Positions 37,190-50,953 of a stretch of DNA of 64,000 bases are shown here, one piece after another. The notes under the pieces are model-generated. The model did no database searches. It worked only from the letters and a program-made list of their open reading frames with translations, and was not told where the DNA came from. Source of the stretch: Azolla caroliniana (lineage: Eukaryota > Plantae > Polypodiophyta); the NCBI GenBank assembly GCA_043228905.1, contig JBHGNT010000016.1, positions 3,596,001 to 3,660,000 on the forward strand, in the 5' to 3' direction. Each line of letters opens with the position of its first letter. The stretch's first letter is position 1. Position numbers and translations under genes: made by a program.

Positions 37190-38005
37190 AAATTACATGA
37201 TATACCATTTTTGCAAGGATCTTTGCCATTGAAAACCAATTTTGTACCTTGGGTAGATTGGCGGTTACAAGATGGTACACGCTTGTTATAGGTCACTACA
37301 AATATATTGTATCATCATGCGATGACATCATTATCTTGGCTATCTCCTAAAGCAACGAAGTTGTGGAATGTATATAAGTCAGATGCAAGGTGGTGGAAAA
37401 TATTACAACGTGGTTGGCATTCCCATCTACCATTTCGTGCAAAGGTATTCATATGGAGAGTCATGATTGGTAGGCTCCCATTAGGTTCGGCCTTAAAGAG
37501 ACGAGAACTAGGGTCTAGCACTTGTTTCTTTTGCACCGTTCCATTAGAGGATAGTACACATAGGTTCATTAAATCTCCTATAGTGTGTACCATTTGGAAG
37601 TACTTATCAGACATTTGGCAAGTTTTAACTCGTTGTTGTTTGAGACCTCAACAATGGTTTTTTTCTCAATATGTTCAAAATGAATCAAATGATGAGATGG
37701 AGATATTGTTCCAATTTTTACATTATTAGGGTCTACAACAAAATTGGAATATGCGTAATGCTTTCATGTTTCCTAATAGACATGGGGTGAAAGCCTATAT
37801 AAAGAAGCTTAAAGGTATTCTCATCTGGAATTTTTGGATGTTAGATCATGTGGGGATCATTTCCTCAAATGCATATTCAGGTTTTTAATAGCATTACAAA
37901 ACGTCCCTCTCCCTACATAGGCATATGATAGGTAGAGGAGACTAAGAAGTGTTGTAACTAAGTGGATTTTAGATACAATTAATATAATTGTGTGCTTTTA
38001 CCAAA
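37190..38005 (+). mobile_element. L1-like LINE 3' fragment (zf-RVT)
   Basis: WHSHLPFRAKVFIWRVMIGRLP...CFFCTVPLEDSTHRF; ends at a (GA)n tract. A more decayed relative lies at ~38100-38400. Confidence 0.8.
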
Positions 38006-39604
38006 GAGAGAGAGAGAGAGAGGTTTTGAACTCTATTGCACATGCTACTTGGAAATATTTATTGAAATATGATTCTATCTTCTTGTTTTTTTATGCCTAG
38101 ACAATGGGTCTTTAGCCAATATGTGCAATATGGGCTAAAGAACTAGATGGGAATCATATTCCAAATTTTAAGGTCGGGGGTGACCACATAATTGGAATAT
38201 GTGCAATGCTTTCGTGTTTGATGATAGACATGGAGTAAATGCATGCATTAGAAAGCTTAAAGGCATACTTATGTGGCATATGTGGGGATTCTTTCTTCAT
38301 GTGCGTATTCAAGTTTTTTATGGCATTGGGGATTGCCAATCTCTATATGTAAGGAGGGAGGGCAACAATATTGTAGTGGTGGCTTTCACATACGAGTAAT
38401 TTAACTGTGTGGTTTAATTGTACCCCATTGCTACATACAATTGAGGGGTCAATCAACAATGCTATATGATGTCATATTAAACAAATTAATGGTGTGATAG
38501 TTGTAAATACTATTTCTACGTAAGTTTATCAATGTGGGTAATGAAACAATACTCTTCTAAAGTATGTTATTGTGAAGAAGTCAGGCGCACAACCCGATGA
38601 ACTTTGCACTAATTCTCCACTTGATATCACTCTTGCAAACAATCATGAAATGTTTTATGAGGGACTTGAATAAAGAAAACAATGACTCAACAATCTTTTT
38701 GCCACGGAGGGGGTAAAGAGTCCTAAGAAGATTTGACGAGAACCTTCTATACCAGAAATGATATTGCACAAAAGAAACTTGGCTCACTAATGTAATTAAT
38801 ATAACACAAACATATAGAAAAACATGACAATTAAATGGTATTTCAATATCATTGATGTTAACAAAGACAATATGGGCGTCTTTGCTCGTATAGTAATTTG
38901 GTATTCATGCATGATTATTATGAATGAAACAATAATATTAAGCAATAAATATTTCGATTAAGAAAAGAATGGTTTAACGATGCTTAATCACACCAACCCA
39001 CCCCAAGCAAGGGGCGAGAGATAAACATAAAATACCAGTGGCGTCCCATACCACCACTTGTCATAGGTGCTATGGGGATTTCCCAAGTCCTACGGTAACT
39101 GGTTTCCCATATGTCTTGCCCTTAAACCAAAAAAATTAGTTTTAGAATTGGTCCTTAAGAGTATGCATATAAAAATGATGAAAATACCGAAATCGAGGAA
39201 TATATATATACCTACAATTGTTTACATGATGGAATAATATCCAACATAGTAATGTGTTCATCAATTCTTTTATGAAGAAAACTAGCATCAAGGGAAAGGA
39301 AAAAATGATACAATATCCTTTCTTAGACTCCCCAATATGTAATCGAAGTGTGACGCACGATGGGAGACTCATGCATATAGTTCATGACCATTAGTGTATA
39401 ACAATTACTTTTTTTTCAACACAACTTGGGAAATCAAATTTCACCTTTATATATATGAGCGGGTGGTGTATATGAGGATTTACCTACTCTAGTTGTGACA
39501 TTTTAGCTTCTCCTACTTGTATGCTACGTGTTTCTCCTTGTACTTTTCACAACCTAACAAGATAACACCTCTTCCTTTCTAGCAATATCACTATCATGAT
39601 CCTA

Positions 39605-40140
39605 GTATTGGATGGTGTCATGAAGCACGGTTGATGTGCAGGCAACATGTGGAAGGTTATTAGATGCATATAAACTGTTTGAAGGGCTAAGATCCCTTAA
39701 AGTGGGTGTTGATCACATGGTTGTACATGACGACATGTTCATACATGCTGGAATCATGGATCGAGGCATACAAAATTACCTCTATACCATAATGCTTTGA
39801 TTGAGTTTTACGTTGAATATGAAAAATAGAGGATGCTTGGTCATTGTAAATCTTGGGGTATATTGGATGCATGTGATGACCCAAAGGTGGTATCGGGAAA
39901 TGTTGAATATGAACATGATGAGGAAGATTGATTTGGTTTGAACATATGAAATTTCATGGTATGTTTCAACTATTGAGGAAGTGTTCAATCAAGTCTATCA
40001 AAAGAAGGATTCATGGCTAGCTATTGTCATACATAAGACGGGTTGGGGAAGGATAATCATCTCCTTTCCATCATTTTGTATTTTGTAGCTAATATGGTTT
40101 TTTTTAACAGGATATGTTTTAAAAAAAAAAACTAAAAAGA
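39605..40140 (+). mobile_element. PPR-mosaic plus LINE-tail repeat, copy C
   Basis: Colinear with the reverse complement of ~56090-56750; ends in poly-A. Confidence 0.8.
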
Positions 40141-40344
40141 ATTCTACTTTACAACTCTATTGGACATGCATATTATCTAATTTTCACATAGAATCTTTGA
40201 AGGGTTGAGGTGGAAACTTAATAAAAGAATTTGAAACTTATAGGTACAAATGAAGTGCTAGCTCGATCATGTGCTCCTTCAAATATTATGGTAGCAACGG
40301 TTAGTATTACAATGCCCATGGTTACCAAATTTGTATGTTGCACA

Positions 40345-40835
40345 TGGGATGTCAAGGCATATTAATTCTTCATGGGCATGTCATGGATGAACCATGGATG
40401 GTTGTGTATGGATGCAACACATTTGAGTCATGGATTGTCATTGTCAATTACAAAGGAGTCATAGCCATGGAAAAACAAATATACAAAACCTTGTCTTCAT
40501 ACAAAAGAGCCCACCTCCAAATTATGAGCTCGCCTACTACTAGTTCGCTAAAAGAAATTCCGCATCAAACTTTTTTATCGGTGAGGGAACGTCAAGACAT
40601 ATTACTTGTCCATGGGTATGTCATGGATGGGCCATGGATGTTCATGTTTGGGTCATGTTGCATGCATCATCATGGATGGACATGGTTGGTTATGGGCATG
40701 TCATGGATAGTGAACAGAAAACATTCAAAAACTTATCTTCATCCAAAAGACCCTTCGTCCCAAATAAAGAAGCTCACCAACTACTTGTTTCTTAAAAGAA
40801 ATTCTTCATCAAACTTGATTATTGGTGAGGCATGA
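40345..40835. repeat. Diverged tandem repeat, about 2 x 240 bp
   Basis: GTCAAG.CATATTA...CATGGG.ATGTCATGGATG..CCATGGATG at 40351 and 40591. Confidence 0.7.
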
Positions 40836-43800
40836 TGCAACGAGTTTTGGTTTGGTTTGCTTCACCATTGTCCATAGATGAGCAACTAAAGTACTAACAT
40901 GACATCAAAGGCGATGTTGAATATCTAAGTATGCGGATACCCATTCCACATCCATTCACAATTGTGTTCACACAACATGTCAAAAGTGCAACTAACATTA
41001 TAAATTGAAATATAGTTTCGAGGTTTTAGGTATACAATTAACTACAAATATTTAATTGCATAACTTGCATATATTTCCAATTAGAGCATTTCATGTATGT
41101 TTCCACATATGCACTCCATTGAACAAAGAAGCACAATAGAATAAAATGCATTGTTTTTGGCATCCCCAAAATACAATGCACATGTCCATTGTATTGTAAA
41201 TTGTGGCCATTGTTGCATGATGTCAAAAGTAGCATTCTCAACTTGAAACACCTTGTACTGTGGAGAAATTTTAAGAAAACATTAAATTAATATGCTTCAA
41301 CAAGAAGATCCCACAAATATATCCAATGCTAGTAAAAAAAAGCCAAACTTTTCATGATTGAAAGTTCTATTGGTATTTTCTATCCATATCAAAGTTGAAC
41401 CACAAGTTATAGTACTCATGTGTGTGTGTGTGAACTTCAAATTTCATATCTATTCATCAACTACAATTTAGAATGATAGTTACAAACAAATATGATTCAT
41501 CAATAATTATAGAAGCTCTAATTCCAAACAAAATGATCATTTTGACCCATGAGAGTCATCACTTTATCAATCAATACCAATGCAATGAAACCATGTTTGA
41601 TTGTTGGCTTGGTAATTTACATCGTGGCATCAAAGTCATAAAAATTTAGACAATCAAAGTTTCATCCATGCCATGGGCTCGGAGTGTAGTATACATTATA
41701 CCAATGTTGATGTTGTCAATTAATAACAATATCTTCTTTGCAATGAAGCTATGTTTGATGTTGGTTTGATAGTTCGCATCATAACAATCACGATCATATG
41801 GACATAAGACATATGTCTATCTATCTGTATAGCCCCTCTTGTTCATATACCACAATAAAATAAAAATAATACCACTACGCTAACAATCTATTTAATTACT
41901 AAAAATCTCTTTTTGGGATGCCTTTTGGTCAATAAATTTTGGATGCTTAGGAATAAGTATATCATAATTGTCAAGGTTGTTTATGAATGAGTCTATTGTC
42001 AATGTCAAAGTTTGTGGCTGCTAGCCACAAGGTGGTCTTTGAAGTCTCATGTGCAAAGTTCTCAAAGAGAGAAGAGAAGGTATAAAAAAGTAAGGTCTTG
42101 AGGTTGTTCAAAGCTCTAATTAGGCGTTCAACTAAGGACATACACTAATGACTAAGGTCATTCTCCTGCAATCGTTGGTTTCTTGATAGCCTTGAGCACT
42201 AATCTATCTCATAAACAATGTCATCTTGATTCTGCATATTAGCTACCCACTTATGAATATGTTCACTAGATCAATCAACAAGCATTGCAACACAAAAAAC
42301 TATGGAACTTAATGAGTTTAAAACAATTGGAATTTTTATCATAAATAATAAATTGTATGATGATTATGCAATCTTCAAAAGGCATGATATCATGGAGTGG
42401 TTTGGAAGAATGTTTTTTAATGTTTGGGCCCTGGGGTATGATAAATTTTAATGATATTTGGAAAGAAAAGCTATTTGGGCTTCTAAAGCTTTCATTGGTA
42501 GGGTTAATTTAATGTTATTCTACAACATGTCAAAGAAGCTTTAGTTGCCTAAACCTAACAAAGAATAAGTTTAGAAATAGACCAAAAAACAATATGGTAG
42601 ATGCATTGATATGAATATTCATTGAAGAACCGGAACAAGAAGAATACAAGTTTAGTGCCAATATTTTATTGTGGTGAGAACACAACGCATATCCCCATAT
42701 TTTCACAAAAACTTCTCATGATCATGATGACTCCGAAGACTTCATAGAAGATATATATTGAATTTTTGTTAATTTTATATAATAATGTTTTGAAAGTTCA
42801 TATAATGATTTCCTATTCCCCCTTCCTAGGGGAATAAGCTATAAATGCTCTATGATTTGGTATGTTGATGTTTTGATATGGTATTTGATGTTCTAATATG
42901 GTACAATAACAATTTCTTAATTGTGAAATTAGGCATAAATGTTTTTACAAATGTAAAATTGTATTGATTGTGAAATTAGCTATAAATGTTTGTGCTCTCA
43001 ATATTTTACTAATCGCTTTTCGTAGTGTTCATGTTATATTTTTTTTGTGATGATTAAATTTTTTTAGTTTCTTCCTGTTCTAGCGGACAAGAGCATTCGT
43101 AGGAAAATGGCTAACTAAATTTCCTTTAAAAGGTTATCGACATAACAATATATAAGAGGAGAAGAAGAGGAAAAGAGAGATAGTCAACAATAAAGAATAG
43201 TAACAAAATAGCGAAATATTACATAAATATCCTTAATTTTGTGGCATTTAATAACTCTATATTTTGATTAGTATTAACTAATGTTTATTAAGTAAGTGTT
43301 ATGGTCCAAGAAGGCCAAAGGAAAATCATTGGTGGTCAAGTAGGAGTTGCTTGAGTATGTCTGGCTATTGTTTCAATATCACATATTGAATAACATGTGT
43401 GGCTTTGCAAAGGTGTACTCATATAGGCCATGTAGCCTTTGAATAACACTCGCCGATGCACACTACATTTCTAGTAGTAGCTCATTATGGTTGTCAATGT
43501 TTATCATCAATCATTTGTACAGGCAACAAGCATGTTCGTGGTGAGTTCCAATCAATCACAATCAAGTCTTGTCAATTCCTTGAAATACCGACTTACACAT
43601 GATTGAGTTATTGAACTTCACTATAGGAGATACCTTAACACTTTTAATAATGTTGTTCAATCCTCAACCCCTTTATAATCGTATGCATTCAAGTCATACA
43701 TTTACATTTATTTTATTATTACAACTCGTCGGATAGCCAACAATACCTTTGAAGTATATAGAGGTCTTTCGTTTGTAGTGAACCCACATTTTACTCATTG

Positions 43801-45429
43801 GTATGATATTGTATCATCATCTATCATGTATGCAGATACATTAAGCTTTTCCATTCTTTCACATAAGTTTGTCGTGGGTATTGTTTTTTAATGCCTTCTT
43901 GAAATATAGTTATAAATGGTAGTCCTTTAAGGTAACTCTCCCCCATTATGAGTCATGACATGAAAAAAAATGAAATGAAAAATAGTGTTGAGTTTCACTT
44001 AGACACTTGCATGTCCCACAACTCTTTTATTACGTTTTTCAACCCATTATTTGAGTTGATATTCAATCGTATTCCCTGGAAATTAAACCATACAATCTCA
44101 CAACATAATATTTTGCAATAATTGGTGAATTGATTTATAATGGTGTATTAAACAAGATATCTTATTGATCTCAAGGAAAACCTACTATTTATTGATATAG
44201 CAATGCATGTACCCATACTTTAGGTATCGAGCCAATTCATTTTAGACATTTTGAGCAAGTGTAGTATACCTACAACCTTGCCATTGTAAATTTCAGTTTC
44301 GCCTCTTCTTTACCCTCCTATATTTTAAAGTTTCCATATGTATTCAAGAAAGTACATGGCAGTCATAGATATTTTGTCCTCCTTGTATAATTATTGTGCA
44401 TGTGTCCAGATTTCTACATAGGAAAGTGTCCCTTTACTTATATTGATAGCTCTCTATGCTCCCTTTGGGTTCCATTGTTTTGTGTTGATGTAGGCATCCG
44501 TATACCACTTGAATCTTGATGCTAGATGGATGGCCTTAAGTTTGTGTCATTGATTGCATTAAGATAATAATCCAATCATAGATTTAGTTTGCCCTTACAA
44601 TGTTACACAAGCACTTCCTTCGAGGTGTCAAAATTAGGCACATTCATTTTGTCATTTCATCTTATATATGATTGGTCCAAGGTATGCATTGGTTTGGCTT
44701 CCTCTTGTGAAAAAAATTTCCTTGCATTTACAGATATATGCTCTAAATTTGGGGATCTCCAACTTCAAATTTGTTCATCATGATTTATTTGTACATAGTC
44801 AAAGACATTATTCGCCTTTGCTCTTTGTACGACATGTCCAATTGTTTGAATAACATAAGTTGTATTTCTATCTGTAACTAGGCATGAACAACATGTCTTC
44901 AATGAGAATTTTCTAGTTTTTTGTCTACATAGAATGGGTTGCATAACATGGATGCATGGTGGATGGCAAGCATTGGAAACCCACATTTCTTCAAGAATAA
45001 ATATGTAGGATTACTTTCTTTTATTTAGACATTTTACTTTCTTTCGCAAGAAACCTTTATTGCTCCAACTTGCAACTTGTATAAACTTGTCACTTGGCCA
45101 TGTATCCATGTTCCTGGACTTTTCTCTTCATGCTACATAAGATTCCATATTTCCTACCATATGTCTTCACATACTTGGATGCCTAACATCCATAAGTTCT
45201 CTGAAAAAAATAGTTTCTCCATTACTACTTGAAGCCAAAGTTGTGTTTACATATTTTGTCTTGCATTTGTCTTATGACAAGCGCGTTTCAACATTTTGAG
45301 CTTGTGTTGAGTTATGCTTGAGATTTTATGTTATTTTCTGAGGAAAAAATTGCTTCCCCTTAGTTAGGTGAATCACATGTACAAATCATGCTCTGTAGAC
45401 TCTTAAGTATTTAACCCTTATTGTAGAAC

Positions 45430-46990
45430 GATACCTTAAAGTCGATAGAGGGAAAGATGCTTGGCCAGAGCAAGGGTATGAAGTGGCTATATTGCATTGT
45501 GCAGGGATTCATTCAATGGCAGATTGGATGCAGATGTCCGCTAGTAATCAGGATAAATTATATGAAGACACGAGAAAGTTCAGAAATGACAAGAAATGCT
45601 TGACCTAGTCAATACAATTGTTTACTCTTTTCCTATTAGTAATGGGGAAGAGGGTGAATGGTTTGGAGAATATGATGACACGGGAAAAATTATCGATGCC
45701 AAAGGTCTAGGAAAGAATGGGAAGATCATCTAGTTGGGATCAGTAGATTCAAGAGCTAGTTGGTCCCTAATTAGAATTGTGGCACTAGACGGTAAGAAAT
45801 GGAAGGTGAATCCATCAGTCGATGAGGTTGAGGAGGATTGGATCTTGTATGTAGTTGAAGGCAAGCCACTCGAGTGTTTAGAATGGGATCTTGCAGAATA
45901 TACGTGGAGGGGAGAACAACATAAATTAAGAGGTTTCTTTGACTACTCAACACGCTTGGGGAGAAAGTTATGCTTGCATTGTGAGAAGTGTGCCAACAAA
46001 CGGACCCATGTAGCTGTCGATTCAGTCTTCATGGATAGAAATAGGAGCAGAATATGGAACTCATCCCTCCTCGAGAGGCTCAAGGTGCTTTTTTGGTTAA
46101 TCACCCATTGGGTTGTTCCAACCGGAGAGTGGTTGGGGAAAAGGGGTGGCATGAGTAATTCCAAGTCTTGTGGAGCGAGTTTGGAGGACATCGACATTGT
46201 TTGTGGAGCTACCCACGTGCCCAAGAAGTTTGGATGAGGAGCTTAAGAATTTTGGCTCGATGTAGGGTTGTTGAAGTTCAGGTATCAAGCACAACAGTTG
46301 TTTGGTTAGCAACTAAATCGGCTATGTGGTTTCATGGGTGGAATCGAAATCGTCCTTCGTTAAAGGTGATGCATGGAATTGTACAACCTTTAGCTCTAGG
46401 AGGTTCATTCTACATACAGGAACGATACGTAGATATTTGGTTTTTAGGGGCCGGCCTTACTGTTTGGCAAGTGTGGGTATCTAGGTGCAAGGAGTCGTTT
46501 ATTGGTAAGCGAACCCCATTGGTTGAGAGTTTAATGATGATTTGGTTTAATCTTATTTCTACGTTACAAGGAGAGTTTGACAGCCTTCATGGGCCCTCTG
46601 ACGCGAGTGAAGAAGCGAGAGCCCGTTTCCTTCTAAAACGGAGAGGTTCTCTAATGCTGTAGATGGTGGATGGCAATGCAAAGTGGATTTATCACCCTGG
46701 TTATTGATTCTTCTAAGGGTACCAAACATAGAGGTGGGTGCTGAAATGTGAAGACATTGGAGGATGTCTATGAGGAATGTGGGTTGTGTGAGGCTCAATG
46801 ACATGTTGAGGGGATTCGGTTGAGTAATATTATGTGCATCGGATAGTGAGTTTGAGTCTTTGTTGATTCCTTTATACATGTTGGTTTCTGTGTAGCCATG
46901 CAAATTGGCTTATAACATATGAGTTGTAAATTATCCTATATACATTGTCTTAACCAATGGAAGTAGTAATTTTTTTTGGAAAAAAAAGGG
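45430..46990 (+). mobile_element. L1-like LINE 3' portion (zf-RVT, 3' UTR, A tail)
   Basis: RIWNSSLLERLKVLFWLITHWVVPTG, HCLWSYPRAQEVW, LTVWQVWVSRCKESF; tail ACCAATGGAAGTAG...GGAAAAAAAA. Confidence 0.85.
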
Positions 46991-47089
46991 TAACTTTTTA
47001 CACTTGAAATTCATTATTTTAATGTCTAGTTACAATGAGTTTTTGTCATCTTTCTCTTTAATATTTCTAAATGACTTATACTCATTAAG

Positions 47090-47321
47090 GATGTAAGAAG
47101 TTAAATGTGCACTTGGGAAGCAAAATGCATGTTTTTTATAAGGATGAGTGCCGGTGGTGTGGGGGTTGAAGCAGAATCTATTAAGAAGACTAGACTCATT
47201 TAGTTGTTTGTATGTATAGGTTTTGGCAGTAATAGGTGAGAAGTTGATGTGGACTTGATGACGCAAAATGTATGTTTTTGGATAAGGATGAGTGATGAGG
47301 TTATGGGGGACGAAGCATACT
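47090..47321. repeat. Degenerate tandem repeat (left part), interrupted by the Gypsy insertion
   Basis: GTTTT..ATAAGGATGAGTG.TG.TG.TGTGGGGG..GAAGCA units here continue at 53272-53730. Confidence 0.65.
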
Positions 47322-47755
47322 TGTTAACTCTTCGGGCCGGACAATGGCCTAACACAGGGTGTCTACATGAGACACTTCACCAAAGGGTGTTACGGCAACC
47401 GGATTAAACTTCAACGCTTAATCCAACTTAGTTAAGTTACTTATTAGGATCGTCTTTCATAACACGCGTAAGATATAACAATTAAGACAGAACGGCAATT
47501 AACACAGAGAGATAACAATGCTTAAGCTTTCATTAATTAACCACTAACTATTACATTGTATCCGAGCCTTTAAATAGGTTTCCGGTCTGTATTACAAAAC
47601 GGTGCCATCTGCACCTGTTCGGGATCGGTCCGGATCCGGAACGGCATACCGATTCCGGTCCGTCCGTCCACACTCATAGCTTAATTACAACCACATTCCT
47701 ACTACTTAATTAGCTCTCTGTTTCCCACTCTGGACTCCTTTGCCGGCCGGTAACA
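47322..47755 (-). repeat. Complete Gypsy LTR (434 bp)
   Basis: TG...CA ends with terminal inverted TGTTA/TAACA; its last 177 bp match 53095-53271 with 3 differences seen. Confidence 0.92.
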
Positions 47756-47757
47756 CA

Positions 47758-47774
47758 TGGCACGCCCATGGGAC
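47758..47774 (+). promoter_or_regulatory. tRNA-Arg(UCU)-type primer binding site-like sequence, antisense to the coding strand
   Basis: TGGCACGCCCATGGGAC starts 2 nt after the LTR end; it resembles the complement of the plant tRNA-Arg(UCU) 3' end (...GUCCCACYGGGCGUGCCA, recalled, not searched). Confidence 0.7.
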
Positions 47775-47809
47775 AGTACCTTGTACGTCAAATCTACAAC
47801 TAACCCTTG

Positions 47810-50806
47810 CTATTCTTCGTCCAAAATGTCCAGAATGCTTTGTTCGAGAGGCTCCAATGGTTCATCTGGAAGTGGTTGTTGTTGTTGTTGTTGTTGTTGC
47901 TCTGTTGCTGTCTGCTGCGGTGGGTCCGTTGGTGGTTGCTGCGGTTGCTCCTCCGTTTGTGGCTCTGACACCGGCGTCTCCGTCGTTGCTCCCTGCGTCG
48001 TAGTGGTCTCCGGTTGACTGGTTCCCGGCAGGCCCTCAGCCGGCGACGGTTCCTCATCACTAAGGTTAACCGTTGTCGCTTCCCGTGCTTTTTCTGCCCG
48101 TACCCGGGACCGCTCGTAGCTTTCAAACTGGATTTGAGTGTCCAACCTATCATCGTCCAGCTGAGCTACGAGCTGCCTGACCTGCACCAGCTGTTCATCT
48201 GCCAGGACTTGGAAGTCGTCGGCCAGCTCGTCCCGTATGGCGGTGAAGTCCTCGGAAATCAACGTATAACAGTCATCTCCTTCCTTCCGCCGGTTTGCCA
48301 CATCCGCCCGTAGCAACTAGAGTTCCGCCGCGTTTTGTGCCCACTTTGTCCACCATTTTACGGAGCTTTCATCAATCAAGTGTTTCGTCTGATTCAGCCA
48401 TGCCAGGAGGATGGACTGAATCCGGCTCGTTCCCAATTGCGATTTGGTTTCCGCCGCTTGCCGTTCCTCCTTCAGTTGTTTGATGATTTTGACGTTGTCC
48501 TCCGCCTGCGCCTTGTAATGCGTCAATTGCCTTTAATATGTACTTTGTAATTTCTGCAATACTGTTGACGCTCTCTCTTTGTCTTCTTGCTGCTGCCTCT
48601 AGAGCTCCATCTGGACCTTCTCTGCCTCTTCCAAGCGTCTTGTATTTTCCGCCCATTCGTCGGCGATCGCCATCGCGGCCCGATCAACTGCCTGCTGGAG
48701 CTCGGCCATCCGTTCTTTATGCTCTGTTTCCAGCCGTTTGTAGTCCTGGTGCAGGTGCTCAAAATCATCCGTCTTTTGCTTGAGCCGTGCATTGATCTAA
48801 CGACGGGCCCGGTCCTCGCGGTCCTTCTGCTGGCGGAGCTCTTCCTTTAGCCGTTCAATCTTTGTTTCTGCCGTTTTCCGCAGCTTGTCCTTTTCCTGCA
48901 GCACTTTGTCTTTCTCCTCCTTTAGCCGGTCGTACGCTTGATGGCCTTTCCGGAGGCTCTCCTCTGCCCGGCGGAGGTTCTCAGCAGTCTTCTTTAATTC
49001 GGCTTCGGCCGCCGTCTTCAATTCTCGTTCACGGCTCCTTAGCGCTTCTTGTGCGGCAAGTTCCTCTCTCAATTCCGCAAGCTCCCGAGCTTGCGCCGCA
49101 TCTCTCGCCGGAACGGTTTCCGTTGCCGGGGTCTTATTGCTATGTACAGGTCGTTCCGTTTCTTTATTCTGTACACTTACCGGAGTCACCGGTGATTGGA
49201 TCCGTATTTTGGCCATCTCTATCGTGACCTGATCCAAATCTTTTTCAAGGCACCGGATTCTGGACCGGGCCGTCTCTAGTTGTTCGGTTGTGACGAGCAA
49301 CCGTTCGCTTTGCGCTCTTTCTTCCGCCTCTATATACCCCACTGCTCCGGCTATCTGTTCGCCTATCCACCGGAGCCATAGGCTACCGGTGCCTTGTTGT
49401 GCTTGCACGGAGGTTTGATAGATGGACTCACTTGTAGAGGGGTGGTCCCGCCTGGTTGCGCCGAGTTGCAGTTCCTTTTCTGCCCATGGACCATCTTGCT
49501 GTCCTGGTTCCCTTTGCGCTTCTTCTTGGCTGACCGAGGGAGGCTGTAGTGACCTTTCTGGCTCTGGCGGGATGGGACTTGCCGGTGTTGCCGGTGGTGC
49601 CGGGGCTTCTGTTTCTGGTGCCATCTGCACCGGTTCCGGTTCCTTCCTTGGCGTGGGAGTCTCAGTCTGGGGAGCCGGTGTTCCCTCCGTCTTAGGGTCC
49701 GAACGTTTCCCGGCTGTCTCAACGGTCCTTGCCGACGACCGTCGCTGGAAGTGCTCCGTAGGCTCCTCCTCTATTTCCTCCTCCTGAGCTCCGGCATTGA
49801 GTTTTGCCGCCAAGGGGTCCACTTCTCGATTCACCGGTCGGCGGAGTGTGACCTTTACGGGCCGTGCCGGTGGTTCCTCCAGCGCCTCTGTTGGGCGCTT
49901 CCGGCTTCCGCTTCCTGTTGCCGCCTGTTCTGCATCCACCGCCTTTCCCTTACTGGCCTTAGAGGCCAACATCTGTTGCCGTTTGGAAGCCGTCCTTGGG
50001 GTGCCGTCCGGCACTCTTCCTCGCTTCTTGGGCTGGACGGTCTGAACGGGTGGCACCAACAAGGTGAGCCACTGCGTTACGGCATGCCATATCCTTCGTC
50101 CGTCTCGGCCTTCTTTGCCGTCTTTGCCTCTGACGATCTCGATCGCCGCACACAACCCATCTGCAATCAATACCGGCCAATCCACCTTGATCCCTTCATA
50201 GGTGGCGATGATCATCCCTGCCCGGTTCTGCGGCATGACAGGGGGTCTAGGGTACACGTGGCCGTATTCATGGAGCACACGAGCAATTTCGCGGAACAAC
50301 ATATCCCCGCCGCCCTGTGTCCGGTAGCCCTTGCTGGCTAGAGAGTACTCACCAAAATACCTGATGAGTTGCTCCGGGGTTGGATTGTCGATCGTGAGTA
50401 TGCCTCCCTCCGGAAGGCCTGTTAACGCTCGAATCGCCTCTGCCGTTATGACCTCTGTATCGATTTCCTTGATCACTTTGTCGGCTTCTTTGTGTTGCGG
50501 TACTTCCATCATCATCAAGAAGCCCTCAAGCCCGTGTTGCTTCAGCCATGTCTTGGCGGCTTCCGACAGCGTTTGCGGGTCCATCTCTGTGTCGGGGTCG
50601 GATTGCGGTGACGAGGATGGATGGTGATGAGAGCGGGGTTGAGAAAGAGAGAGTTCAGAAGGCGGGGGTTCTCTGTGCGCAGGTTCTCGTCTGATGATCT
50701 TGCAGCGTTTCGATGCTTCTGTGCTCCTGGGTTCGCGAAAGTAGAGGGTCTCTATGCGCAATGGTTTTTGTTTGTGCATTTTGGCGCCTTTTTCGAGTTT
50801 GTGCAT
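47810..50806 (-). pseudogene. Gypsy accessory ORF downstream of integrase (globular N-domain, P/E-rich linker, long coiled coil, Q/E-rich tail), disrupted near its 3' end
   Basis: 669-aa open frame at 48797-50806, continued by pieces to 47810. ITAEAIRALTGLP and IKVDWPVLIADGL resemble the 'putative plant transposon protein' domain of Athila-type extra ORFs. Confidence 0.75.
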
Positions 50807-50953
50807 GTCGCGTACTTAAAATAGCATTATGTCCTGTGGTGGCGCTTTAAATGCCCACTACGTACCTTTTCGCTCCACGCTCTTTCCTCCATTCATTCCT
50901 CGTTTTTGCATGATTGTTTTTTTTTTTCAGTTATTATTATTATTAGTGTGACG

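Noticed and set aside
41000-45400. Possible decayed DNA transposon in the long AT-rich stretch (also 3400-5300 and 54500-55800)
   Set aside because: No motif, terminal repeat or TSD that I could support by eye.
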